Shown: positions 20,853 through 32,570 of the stretch, one piece after another
Position numbering within the stretch: position 1 is the stretch's first letter
Layout of the letters: every line of letters begins with the position of its first letter
Origin: an uncultured Spirochaetota bacterium
GTDB lineage: Bacteria; Spirochaetota; UBA4802; UBA5550
NCBI GenBank assembly: GCA_963827275.1
Contig: CAWHAA010000005.1
Location: 448,001 to 512,000 of the forward strand
DNA: 64,000 nucleotides
Direction: 5' to 3'
Notes under the pieces: generated by a model
Told to the model about the DNA's origin: nothing
The model's database searches: none
What the model saw: only the letters and a program-made list of their open reading frames with translations
Made by a program: the position numbers and the translations under genes

Positions 20853-23800
20853 CTATGCGGTTACGCGTCCAGATGCAGCGCCTATTCTCACTTCCGCAGA
20901 GTGTTCCCGGCGATCGTCAACAAGGGGGATGGCGGTGCTCGCTTATTGGAACGCCGTCGAGGGTTATGCCTGCAACGCCGCCGGCCGTCGTACGCACTAT
21001 GGTGATATGGTAGATCGTTTCCCGGTACCGGTAGTGGATCGTGAACGAGTCCCAATCATCGGGAAGGCACGGTTCAAAACGCAGCTTGTCCGTTTCAAGC
21101 CGGAGTCCCAGCAGTGATTCCAGAACAAGCCGGTACATCCATCCGGCCGATCCCGTGTACCATGTCCATCCGCCGCGACCGATATGGGGTGAAAGCGCGT
21201 ATACGTCGGCTGCGACAACATACGGTTCCACCTTGTAGGTCGCGACCCCCTGCGGGGTCGTGGCATGGTTCACCGGATTGATCATGGCCGTCAGTTCCCA
21301 TGCGCGCTGGCTGTCGCCTGATTTGGCGAAGGCCATTGCGGCCCATATCGCGGCATGAGTGTACTGGCCGCCGTTCTCCCTCACGCCGGGGACGTACCCC
21401 TTTATGTAGCCGGGGTTCAAATCCGATGCGTCGAGCGGCGGGTCCAGGAGCTGTATCAGCGCGTGGTCCCTGCGGACAAGGCGTTCATCCACCGCTTCCA
21501 TCGCCATGTGCGAGCGGCCGGCGTCCCCGGCCCCGGACAAAACCGACCAGCTTTGCGCGACCGAATCAATCTGGCATTCAGGATTGGCCGCCGAGCCGAG
21601 AGGCGACCCGTCGTCGAAATATGCGCGGCAATACCATCCGCCGTCCCAGGCGTTCTGCTCGATTTTTTGACGCAGCATGGACGCTTCGTTCCGGCAATGT
21701 TCGACGAAGGCCGTGTCGCCCTTCACGTTCGCGATTGCCGTGAACCCCATGAGCACCTCGTAAAAAAAGAATCCCAGCCATACGCTTTCGCCTTTTCCCT
21801 GTTCGCCGACGGTATTCATGCCGTCGTTCCAGTCACCCGAACCGATGAGCGGCAGGCCATGCGCGCCGTAGCGTTCGCCTCTTAAAATGGCGCGCACGCA
21901 GTGCTCGTAGAGGCTGGCCTCCTGCCGTGAGCGGTTCGGAAGATCGTAATAGGAGTCTTCGTCCGCATTTACCTGGCGGCCCTCGAGAAAGGCGACCGTT
22001 TCATCCAGCACGCCGGTGTCCCCGGTGGAGAGGACGTACCGGGCAGTCGCCATCGGCAGCCAGAGAAAGTCGTCCGAACAATGCGTGCGCACGCCCCGGC
22101 CCGTGGGAGGATGCCACCAGTGCTGGACATCGCCCTCCGTGAACTGGCGGGACGCGCACAACAGGATGTGTTCGCGGACAAGGCGCGGTTCCGCATGAAT
22201 GAGCGCCATGACGTCCTGCAGCTGGTCACGGAAACCGAAGGCCCCGCCGGACTGGTAATATCCGCTCCGGGCCCACATGCGGCACGCGAGGGTCTGGTAC
22301 AGGAGCCATCCGTTCGTCAGTACATCCAGGGAATGATCGGGCGTTTCCACGTGCACCGCGCCAAGGGTGCGGTTCCAGTATTGCCACACCCCTTCAAGGG
22401 CGCCCCGCGCCGCATACGCTCCCCGGAAGCGTCGCACCAGGCTGCCGGCATCATTGGCATCACGGCCGGCGCCGAGCCTGAAGATGATCTCGCGCTCCTG
22501 CCCGTCAGCCAGATCGAAAGGGACCTGTATGGCGGCGCAGGGATCCAGGGCGGCGCCTACCCTGCCGGACAGGCCCGACTCTGGTCATGGCGGCAGGGTT
22601 CCGGAGCGTGCCGTTGCGGCCGATGAACTCGGTGCGGTCGCCGCACAGGGACCGGGTCGTATCGTCCGTATCAAAGAAAGCGACCCGCCCGGCAAAATCC
22701 ATGCTGTAGCCGTTACGCGCCAGGAGAGCGCCGCTCGCCGGGTCCAGTTCCGTTACCACGTGCATCGCCGATTTGGAACGCAGGTCTCCCAGCACCCATT
22801 CCGCGTACCCCGTGGCCGACAGCCGCCGCGGACGGCCGGAAATGTTTTTTATTTTTAACACCGTAAACTTGACGCTTGCGTCCGGGGCCACGTACACCCA
22901 TGCCTCCGAGCTGATGCCGCGCTCGGTATGTTCGAATACGCTGTATCCGAATCCGTGCCGGGTCACATAGGGCGTCGCTCCGCGGCTCGGAAGCGGCATG
23001 GGAGACCAGTAGTGGCCGCGCTCTTCATCGCGGATGTAAAAGGCTTCCCCGCCTGAATCGCTTACCGGGTCGTTATGCCAGGGCGTGAGGCGGAATTCAT
23101 GGGCGTTCTCCGCCCAGGTATAGGCAAGGCCGCTCTCCGATACGACCGTTCCGAAATGCGGATTCGCCAGCACGTTCACCCAGGGCGCGGGGGTCACCTG
23201 CCCGTGCGCGGTCGTTATGATATACTCCCGTCCGTCGGGGGTGAATCCGCCGTAGCCGTTGAAGAACATGAGATCGGGACGGGGCTGCGCGGCCACTGCC
23301 GGGGGTTCGGGGCGGATGCTCCTGGCCGGCATGAGCTGCGGAACGGGTTTTCTCGCGCCGCCGCGGCGGCTGATCTGGTCCGCCAGCGTCCCCCGCCTGT
23401 CGGTTATTATGACGCGGGCGGCGGTCTGGATCAGTATGCGGTCCTCGTCGGATATCTGGTCGGAAGACCGCACGAAAATGCCCCCGGGCCGATCGATCAC
23501 ATTGGTTTCCGCCCCGGTGGCGAGGAGACCCATGATCTGGTCGTGCAGAAGCTGCCGGTACCCGGCATGGTCCTCGTTCCAGATCACCAGGTCGACCGCG
23601 AGCCCTTTCAGGTGCCAGTAATTGTGGGCCTGTATGAGCTGCCGCGCCAGGTTGATATTGGCCGGATCTTCAATCTGCAGCAGAACGATGGGCATATCGC
23701 CGGATATCGAGTAGCCCCACAGACCGGACTGACCGCGGCGGTTCCGCGCGATGATGCCGGGATCGGCGCGCAGGGAAGAGTGCGCGTAGATGATGGAGCC

Positions 23801-26800
23801 TGCGAGGCGCCCGTACAGCTGCGCGTCGGCCTCGGTCGCGTTGAGCTGCCGGAGCACCACCTGGCTGTGGGTCCATGCCAGATCGAAGACGCGGTCCGCG
23901 AGGCGCCGGTCCTGGTATTTCCCGATGAGGCTTCGGCCGCGGAGCGGTCCTCGCCGATGCCGGAAACGATATCGATCGTCGCCGACTCCTCCGGAGCGAG
24001 CGTTATCCGGTACCGGATCGCGACAACAGGGTCCAGCACCGAGCCCTCGCTTCCCGAAAGCGCCCCGGGTTCGTTCATGGCGCGGGGAGCGGCCGCGGTG
24101 TTCCAGCGTCCGATGAACCGCGCCCGGTCCGTCTCATAGGATATTCCTCCGGGATCCGCCCCGTACGCGGTCATCAGGTGAAAAAAACATGGCGTTTTTT
24201 CGGTGAGGGAGCGCGGACGGCGATGGCAGAGTATCGCATGCCGCTCCCGGTCGATTTCGGTCTGGACAAAAAGATTGCTGAAAGCCGGATGCAGGGCGTC
24301 CGCGGCAGCCGGCGCGATGACCACTTCCGCGTAGCTGGTTACATCGATCTCCCTGCGGGTCCGGGTCCGGTTGGTGATGCGGGTACGCCGCAGTTCGATG
24401 TCATCCTCGGGGGAAACGACGATCGTCGTATGCGCATCGATGCCGTGGTCCCGCCGGCGGAATTCGGCGCGCCCCTCGGAGAAAATCACTTCGTAATATT
24501 TCGGCTGCGCGAGCGTCGGTTGATACGCGGTCGACCAGAATTCGCCGCTTGATACGTCCCTGATGTAGCAGAACGAGCCCCAGTTGTCGCAGGTCCCGTC
24601 TTCGCGCCAGCGCGTGAGTGCGATGTCGTTCCAGCGGCTGTAACCCCCTCCCGCGTTCGTGACCATCACGTTGTATCTGCCGTTCGACAGCAGCTGCACC
24701 TCCGGCATCGGGGTGTCGGGGCCGTTGAATACGCGCACCGGCATGTCCGGGCCGGTGAAATTAGCGTGAATTTCGGGAAGCTCGGTGGTATGCGAATAAA
24801 ATGCCGTGGCCTTCGGGATCCGCTCTTGAAGAAGCAATGCCGTCGCCTGGAAGATCGGTTCCGCGTTGAATCGCTTCTGCATCGGACGGTCAAGGATCAC
24901 ATAGGCCAGCGCGAGAAAGCTCATGCCCTCATGGTGCGCCATGAAGGACCGGACAACGGCGTTCGATTCACCGTGCGGAAGCCTGGACGCGGTGTAGTCG
25001 ATCGCCTCATATAAGCCATACCTCCCCGCAAATCCCTCGGCCGCAAGCCGCTGAAGATTCACGCACGCCTCCTCGGGCGCCACCATGAGCGCCAGCACCG
25101 AGGCATAGGGCGCGATGACACAATCGTCGGCGAGTCCGCGCTTGAGCCCCAGGCCGGGCACGCCAAATGCCCGGTACTGGTAGTTGAGACTGGCATCGAT
25201 AAGGAAGTAGCCGGATTCCGACATGCCCCACGGTACGCCGCGCTGCCTCCCGTATTCGATCTGCCTGGCCACGGCCGCCTTATAGGTCTGGTCGAGCAGC
25301 GAGTATTCGTACGTCGGCATCACGAGAAGCGGCATCAGGTACTCGAACATCGATCCGCTCCATGACAGGAGCACCGGCCTACCGCCGGCCGTGGTGAGCT
25401 GCCGCCCGAGGGCGAACCAGTTTTCCTGTGGCAGCTGTCCCTGCGCTATCGCCACAAAACTGCACAGCCGCGCTTCCGACGCCAGCAGATCGTAGTAGCT
25501 CGCGTCCCTGCGGCGATCATTGACATTGTAGCCGATGGCCAGGAGGTGACGTTCCCTGTCGTAAAGGAAATCATATTCCATTCGGGCGAGCTCGCCCGCG
25601 TGCATGCGCCAGGCGTTCAATAATCGCAATCCTCTCGGCGGCGCGGTTGCCCGCCTCCCTGATGAGCCGCCGCATCTCATCATGCCCCTCGTTCTCAACG
25701 GGCGTCGCATCGGCGCCCGGCCTTTGATCGGATGCCGGCATGAGTTTCTCCATGCGGGAAAGCCAGTTGTCGCAGCGTCGGGATTTCGTCGATATCCGGA
25801 AACTCGCGGAGCAATTCGGATAAAACCGGCGATCCCGCCCACGGGGCGAGAAGGTCCAACTCGTCACGAGGCGGCCTTGCATTGCCGGGCCAGCGCCTGC
25901 GCCCACCACGATACCTGGTTATCGGGTCCGGAAAGTACGGCATCGGCCATGGCGGCGGCGGAGGCCGCAAGGCGATCAAGGCACAGCCGCGCGGACACGA
26001 GCGTTGCCGGCTTGTCACGGCAGGCGGCATCTATCTCCAGCTGGATATCCGCGAGCCGGGCCGGCGGCGCTCCCCCGGCCGTTGTTTCCACGAGGACACG
26101 GAGCGTGTCCCGGAGACCGTCAAATAACCGCGGTCCTACTATCTTTTTATCGGGAATTTCAAGCAGGCCCGACCGCAGTGTCAGCAGATAGGCCGCGAGG
26201 TTACCGCTGTCAACCGTTGAAATGTAGTTGGGCGGCAGCGGCTCCAGGGATTGTGTATCGTACCAGTTATAGAAATGTCCCCGGTACCGCTCCAGACTGT
26301 CCAGCGTGTCAAGCGTACGCGCCGTGCGATCGATACATTCACCCGCCGTCACGTAGCCGAAATCATAGGCGGTCAAATTCGCGAGGAGGGCAAGACCAAT
26401 GTTGGTCGGCGATGTCCGATGGGCGACAGCGGCGACCGGATGCTCCTGATAGTTATCGGGCGGCAGCCAGTTATCTTCCGGGCCGACAAATGTCTCGAAG
26501 AACGCCCAGATTTTACGGGAACAATTAAGGAGGAAGTCGGTCTGCCCGGCTGAAAGGCGCTTTTCCCTGCGGTCGAACGGCAGGCTGAGCCACCAGGCGA
26601 CAGCCGGTGAGGCAAACCAGAGTCCCAGTACCGGCAAGGCAATCAAAACAGAGGCCGGCGCGTACAGCGCGAGAACTACCGCCGCGGCTGCCGCTGAGAC
26701 CGGGGCGATCCACATGGTCAGATAGGAACCGGCGAGGCTTGTGCGGCTGTTGCGCTTCGAGTCGGCGGCCGTATTCCACTCGAGCAGACGTTTATGAGTG

Positions 26801-29586
26801 ATCAGCATCCGCCAGAAGGAGCGTAGAATCGCGCCCAGGCTGTAAAACGCCTCATAGGGCATGCACGCGATTGAAAATGCCAATTCCGCCAATCTTCTTC
26901 CGGCTGAATTCGTTGCCGCCGAAAGGTGCTGGCCCCAATGCACATCGTCCGGTTTCCTAAACACATCAACAAAGGAAATGATTACCGATGACAAAACGAT
27001 GATTCCGATCGTCACCGCGGTCCAGAGCCATGCCGGCGACAGGATCGTCCATCCCAGGAGAAGCATGAGTGATAGTGCGGGCGGGACGAGACTCCGCCTG
27101 AGGTTGTCGAATATCTTCCAGCGGGACAATCCCGAAAGCGGGTTCCTGCGCAGTCGGCCGCCAGGTCCGGGAACGACCGGGAGCAGCCACCGGACCAGCT
27201 GCCAGTCGCCGCGGATCCATCGGCGCCGGCGGTTGACGTCGGCGCTGTAGCGGGTCGGATATTCCTCGAGGAGCTGCACATCGCTCAAAAGCCCGGACCG
27301 CGCATGGCACCCTTCCAGAAGATCGTGGCTGAGGACCAGGTTTTCCGGCAGGCGTCCCTTGAGCGCCCGCTCGAATGCGTCAACGTCGTAGATCCCCTTG
27401 CCGATGAAGGAGCCTTCACGGAACAGGTCCTGGTAGACGTCGGAGACGGTGCGCGTATACGGGTCGATGCCCGGCTCGCTCCCGCACAACTGCGCGTACC
27501 GTGAACGGTTTGTGCCCTGAAGAATAACGGCCACGCGCGGCTGAATGATGCCGTATCCTTCGGTGACGCGATGCCTGGCGTCATCGTACTGCGCGCGGTT
27601 CAGCGGGTGCGCCATGGCGCCCGCGAACTGCCGGGCGGAGTCGCGCGGCAGGCGCGTATCCGTGTCGAGGGTGATAACATACTTGACGTTCAACAGCCGG
27701 TCCGTGTCCCCGACGACAAGAGAGAAGCTCTCCCGTGCCCCGCCCCGAAGATAGGAATTCAAATCAGCGAGCTTCCCCCGCTTGCGCTCATAGCCCATCC
27801 AGAGCTTTTCACGGGGATTCCAGCGGCGCGGGCGATGGAAAAGAAAAAACCTGCCGCCATCCGGATCGCGATACTTGTCATTCAACTCTTCAATTTTTCG
27901 CCGTGCCAGCCCCACGAACTGATCGTCTTCAGGCATGACTTCTTTGCCGGCGTCCTGGAAATCGGTCAGCAGGGCGAAGAACAGGTTTTGGTCCTGGTTC
28001 GCCAGAAATCTCACTTCCAGCGCCTCGGCCAGGTCCTCGATATTTTTATCGCTCGTGAGCATGGCGGGGACCACACCCAGGGTCTTCGCTTCCGGTGGAA
28101 TCCCTTCGGAGAAATCAAGACGCGGAAGGGGATGCGGCGTCACAAGCAGTGTCACCGTCCAGTTCACAAGCGCGACCGACAGGTGCGATGCGCATAGCAA
28201 TGCGATGACAATGAACAGTCCGAATGGCCATCCCTGCAGCCCGCTTTCACGGGCCATCAACAGAAGTCCGCAGGTGAACATCGCCAAGAGCAGCATGATT
28301 GAGCCGGCGTACATGAGCAGAGGAAACCGGCGGATTGCTTTTTGCAGAGCTTTTGAAGCGGTCAGGCGCACCCCGGCCGATCGTTCGAGCCGTGCCAATC
28401 CATTATCGACCAGGTAATAACCGACATGTGCCGTCCGATCGCCGCTTCCCCTTTCCGCCCCGCTTTCCTGCGATAAAAGGATCGTTTTACGCGCCACTTC
28501 GGCTTCGGACAGCCCGCTGCCCTTTGCGATCTCTTCTATTACGTGCCTATAGCGGTCACGGGTTGTAAAATCCATTCTGCGGTAAAACCCGCCGGTGTCC
28601 TCACCAAGGGTCTGATCGACAACGCTCATCGTTTCGACGAACTCATGCCAATCCATCGCGCCCAGGAACCGTAGACTGCCGAAGCTGTTGCTCATCGACA
28701 CCTGGTCGGCGGCCTGCTGCTGGACCTCCGAATGCACCAGCTGCTGGATTGTCGAACCTGATTCAGAGAGGTGCTGCTCGATCCAGGTCAGCGGCATCGC
28801 CAGGTTGGAGCTCTGTCCCTGCAGCCGGCGCGTAAGTTCGGCGACAAAAGCGCTGACCATGGGAGGGTCCGAACGCACCATCTCCGCGATCACCAGAATA
28901 AGGTTCTTCGGGTCCTTCTCCGAAGTCTCGATCATCCGGTCCGCCCAATGATCCGCGCGGATCTGTTCGGCCATGTCCGATGCGATCCGCGACGCGACGC
29001 GACGGAGATTTTCGATCAGCGCCAGGCGCAGCATGATCGGGATCGCCCACAATTCACCCAGCTTAAGGATGCTGACAGACTGGTAGGCCGCGACAAAACT
29101 GCTGAGATTCTCCGGGTCCACCCGCCCGTCACCGTGTGAAATCGTTTCCAGGGCGATATCATATACGCGCGGCAGGCCGGCCGACGGTCCGTTCCGGAGG
29201 CGGGGCAATTCCCGGCTGTAGCCCTTCGGCAAATGCCTCCGCGCCGTGCGAATCTGCTCTTCGATCAGATAAAAATTGTCAAGCAGCCATTCTCCGGCCG
29301 GGGTAATCCTTCGATTCACCTTGATCGCTTCTGCAAGCATGGTGCGGACTTTCAGCAGGACGACCTCATTCTCCGCCAGTCGCGTCATCAGGAGAATACG
29401 GCCTGAAACACGTTTCAGTCCCACCTCGTGGGATCCCGCAAGGATCCTGCCGTGCTCCCGCATCTGTTCGGCGCTGAATAACACCGACCGAAGCGGCTCC
29501 TCCACGCCATCATATTGCCGCATCCGTCCGCCGCGAAGGCGTGAAATTTTGCCGGTCAGGGACCAGCGATGTTTGGTACCGCTCAT
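20853..29586 (-). CDS. cgs: Cyclic beta-1,2-glucan synthase (Cgs/NdvB-like, with C-terminal GH94 phosphorylase region), split by several frameshifts
   Basis: [88 protein letters not shown]; pieces 25864-29586, ~23900-25600, ~22570-23900, ~20935-22570; shifted tail [16 protein letters not shown] ends at 20853. Confidence 0.9.
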
Positions 29587-29719
29587 TTTTTTAATGTGAG
29601 ATTTCCTTATTTAAAAAACTAATCAGCAAAGCATATGCACCCGGAATGGCATATGCGACAGTCATCAGACTTGTTGCATAATTCATTTATGTTATCGGGG
29701 TTAAGGAGCAGAGCCCCTT

Positions 29720-29742
29720 AAAAAGCCCCCCGCAGGGGCTTT
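29720..29742 (-). terminator. Terminator-like hairpin upstream of cgs
   Basis: Minus strand AAAGCCCC-TGCGG-GGGGCTTTTT. Confidence 0.6.
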
Positions 29743-30208
29743 GTTATTGCCGTATTGCATGAGAATTTTTGATAGTTGTCTGAGAAAGAGAATTGAAGAA
29801 AGGATCGTTGTCTGAATCTAATTATACGGGATACGCATGATTTCACGAAGGTATGAAACATCCTCCCCGGCGGCATCCCGAACCTGTTGCAATCGCCGTG
29901 ATTCCATACAGTTAAATGCGATAGTGCCGGTTATGACCTGACATTCATGCGCCGATTGCTTGCTATAAAGTAAATCAAAAATATTAAGTATGTCAACAAA
30001 TTTATATGCCGGTGTATTTGCGCCCAACCCAGACCCTTGTATTGTTCGCGACACCGTTTCCGGGAAGATTTGTAGTTCTTTTTTTATACCAACCGGACGC
30101 TTGCATTTTTCATTCTCACTCTTTTGTCTGGACGTCAGGACGGATCTGTATATTTAAATTAAAGCGCTTCGCTCCGATTAATATCCCCGCGGATCAAAAA
30201 AAACTTGA

Positions 30209-30228
30209 ATATATCTGGATAGATATAT
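30209..30228. promoter_or_regulatory. Palindromic operator upstream of the FAD oxidoreductase (candidate PadR site)
   Basis: ATATATCT-GGAT-AGATATAT next to TTGAAT; a degenerate second copy near 30237-30256. Confidence 0.55.
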
Positions 30229-30273
30229 ATATTATTATATATCATATGTTTTATATTCACGGGAGGTAATCAT

Positions 30274-31617
30274 ATGAGTGGAAAAAAAGTAGTGGTTGTC
30301 GGCGCCGGATGCGCCGGTCTGTCCGCGACCTATACCCTTAAAAAACAGGGGATCAACGTAGTCGCCCTGGAAGCCGCCAGCGTGGCGGGCGGCAGGTGCC
30401 GGAACGTCAGGAAAGACGGGTTCAATCTTTCACTGGGAGCGGGATTTACCGAGCCGCAATGGGCCACGACATTCAGCTACCTGAAGGAATTAGGCATGCT
30501 TGACCAGGTAATCGACAACACGGTCCAGCGGTACGCGTTCTGGAGAAACGGGAAAAAGCACTACATTCTGACAGGCGGCGCCAAAGAGATGATCAAATCT
30601 CTCCCTGAAACGCTGGCCTTCCGCGGGCTTCCGCTGAAAGCATACCCGCAGCTTGTAAAGCTGGGGATGGCGATCAAGAAGTACCAGGGTAAAATGGACA
30701 ATGAGAGCCAGGACTTCGATTCCCTGCTTGAGCTCGGCAACACGAGCTCGGCTGAATTCACCCTGGAGCACGGCGGGCCCGAGGCGCTGGACCGGGTCAT
30801 CAGCCCGTTTCTCGGAACGATGGTGCTGGCGCGCCCCACGGACGTCACCATAGCCCACATCATCGCGCTGACCCACCTGATGAAAGGGATGTGCGTTATG
30901 AGAGACGGCATGGGATCAATCACCGCGGCACTGTACGAAAAGGTTAAGGATTCCGTCCGGCTTGCCACCCCGGTGAAAAAAATTGTTATCGAGAACAAGA
31001 AGGTTGTCGGGGTTGAAACCGGGAAAGGATTTATCGAAGCCGACCAGGTAATATGCGCGACGGACGCGGTCCTTGCGCGCACGCTGATGCCGGACCTGCC
31101 CGACACCATGAGAAAACCGCTTGAGACCTGTAAATACAGCTCAACCTATTCCTACATCTTCCCCATCGAAAAGAAAGTGACGCCGGAGCATTTCCTGTCA
31201 GTCATGATCCCCGGCAGTGAAAACTCGATACTCACGACAATTTTCGATGAGGCCGGTCTCATGAACGCCGCCCCTCCGGGAGCGGGGCTGATGCATTGTT
31301 TCACCGCCGGATGGCATGACGCGGAGCTGGCCAAGCTCTCCGAGAAAGAGCGCCGGCGTAGAGTGATACAGGAAACGCAAAAATTCTTCCCTGAGTTTCC
31401 GGACGAGCCGCTTATGACGGAAATGATACGCTATGACAGGGCGATAAACCTTGAGGCCCCGGGCCAGTTTCCCGCCATTCATGAGCTGTTGAAAAATCAT
31501 ATGCGCGATGTCAGGGGACTCTATCTTTCCGGCGAATACCTGTTTCTTATCGCCTGCACGGAAGGGGCCCTTGCTACCGGCAAAAAAGCGGCCGAGATGG
31601 CGATGGAAGACATGTAG
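30274..31617 (+). CDS. Flavin-dependent oxidoreductase (amine oxidase/protoporphyrinogen oxidase superfamily)
   Basis: VVVGAGCAGL, LEA...GGR, GLYLSGEY, EGALATG; GGAGG RBS. Confidence 0.82.
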   Translation: MSGKKVVVVGAGCAGLSATYTLKKQGINVVALEAASVAGGRCRNVRKDGFNLSLGAGFTEPQWATTFSYLKELGMLDQVIDNTVQRYAFWRNGKKHYILTGGAKEMIKSLPETLAFRGLPLKAYPQLVKLGMAIKKYQGKMDNESQDFDSLLELGNTSSAEFTLEHGGPEALDRVISPFLGTMVLARPTDVTIAHIIALTHLMKGMCVMRDGMGSITAALYEKVKDSVRLATPVKKIVIENKKVVGVETGKGFIEADQVICATDAVLARTLMPDLPDTMRKPLETCKYSSTYSYIFPIEKKVTPEHFLSVMIPGSENSILTTIFDEAGLMNAAPPGAGLMHCFTAGWHDAELAKLSEKERRRRVIQETQKFFPEFPDEPLMTEMIRYDRAINLEAPGQFPAIHELLKNHMRDVRGLYLSGEYLFLIACTEGALATGKKAAEMAMEDM

Positions 31618-31859
31618 CGGCATGCCGCTGCATGCCGGCCGCGCCATGGTTCCCTCAATATAATGACGGACATGGCGCGGCCGTTTTATCGCGGACGGAC
31701 AGCGTTATGCGGCATTGTCAACAATGGCGGACCGGCCGCGTTCCGCATGCCCGGAGCATTTTAAGGAAAAAGGGTTTGACCCCCATGGGCCATGTTGAAT
31801 AATTCATGAGATGCCGCCGGCGGAGACGGCTTCAGAAAATCCACTTCAAAGAGCGAGAC

Positions 31860-32429
31860 ATGCTGCTACAATATGTTCTTCTGGGATTGATCAGGCTCAG
31901 GCCTTCGGTATCAGGATACGAGCTTAAATCCATTATCGACAAATCGACGGGATATTTTTTTTCAGCGTCGTTGAGCCAGATTTATCCGGCCCTGAAATAC
32001 CTGCACGGAAAGGGATTTGTCACTTTCAAAGAGGAGCCCCTGACAGGAAAGCAGGACCGCAAGGTCTATACCATAACCAGAAAGGGGAAAGAGGAATTAC
32101 AGGCATGGCTGACGGAGCCCCTTGAGTTTACCTTTTCCATGACGAGCTTCCAGAAATTTTTATTAAAACTTACGTTCATGGGCTCGGTCGATAAAGAACG
32201 GATCCTGACGTATTTGCGCGCCGGACTTGAGCATTATACCAGGGAAAAAAATGAATTTACCGCAGAGAACCTCTCCGTCGAAGAAAATTACATCGACAAG
32301 GACCAGGAAGACAGCAAAAAGCACCTTGCACTATGGCAGCACGAGTTCGAATATATATTGAAAGAAATCAATTTGAGGATCAACTGGATTAAAAACACGA
32401 TTGAAAGCATTGAAAACGAAACATTTTAA
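31860..32429 (+). CDS. PadR-family transcriptional regulator
   Basis: LLGLI...SGYEL, SLSQIYPAL..L, RKVYTIT.KGKEELQAWL. Confidence 0.9.
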   Translation: MLLQYVLLGLIRLRPSVSGYELKSIIDKSTGYFFSASLSQIYPALKYLHGKGFVTFKEEPLTGKQDRKVYTITRKGKEELQAWLTEPLEFTFSMTSFQKFLLKLTFMGSVDKERILTYLRAGLEHYTREKNEFTAENLSVEENYIDKDQEDSKKHLALWQHEFEYILKEINLRINWIKNTIESIENETF

Positions 32430-32570
32430 CACGCTGCATGAATAATCCACCTGAATTACCCCGCCATCCAAACAGCACGTATGGTCCGATTTACAAAGCC
32501 GCATTTCCATGCCGGGTCATGACGTCCCCGGGCGTTGCGTCCGGCAGTCAACGTCCCGTCCCGCCTCCGG

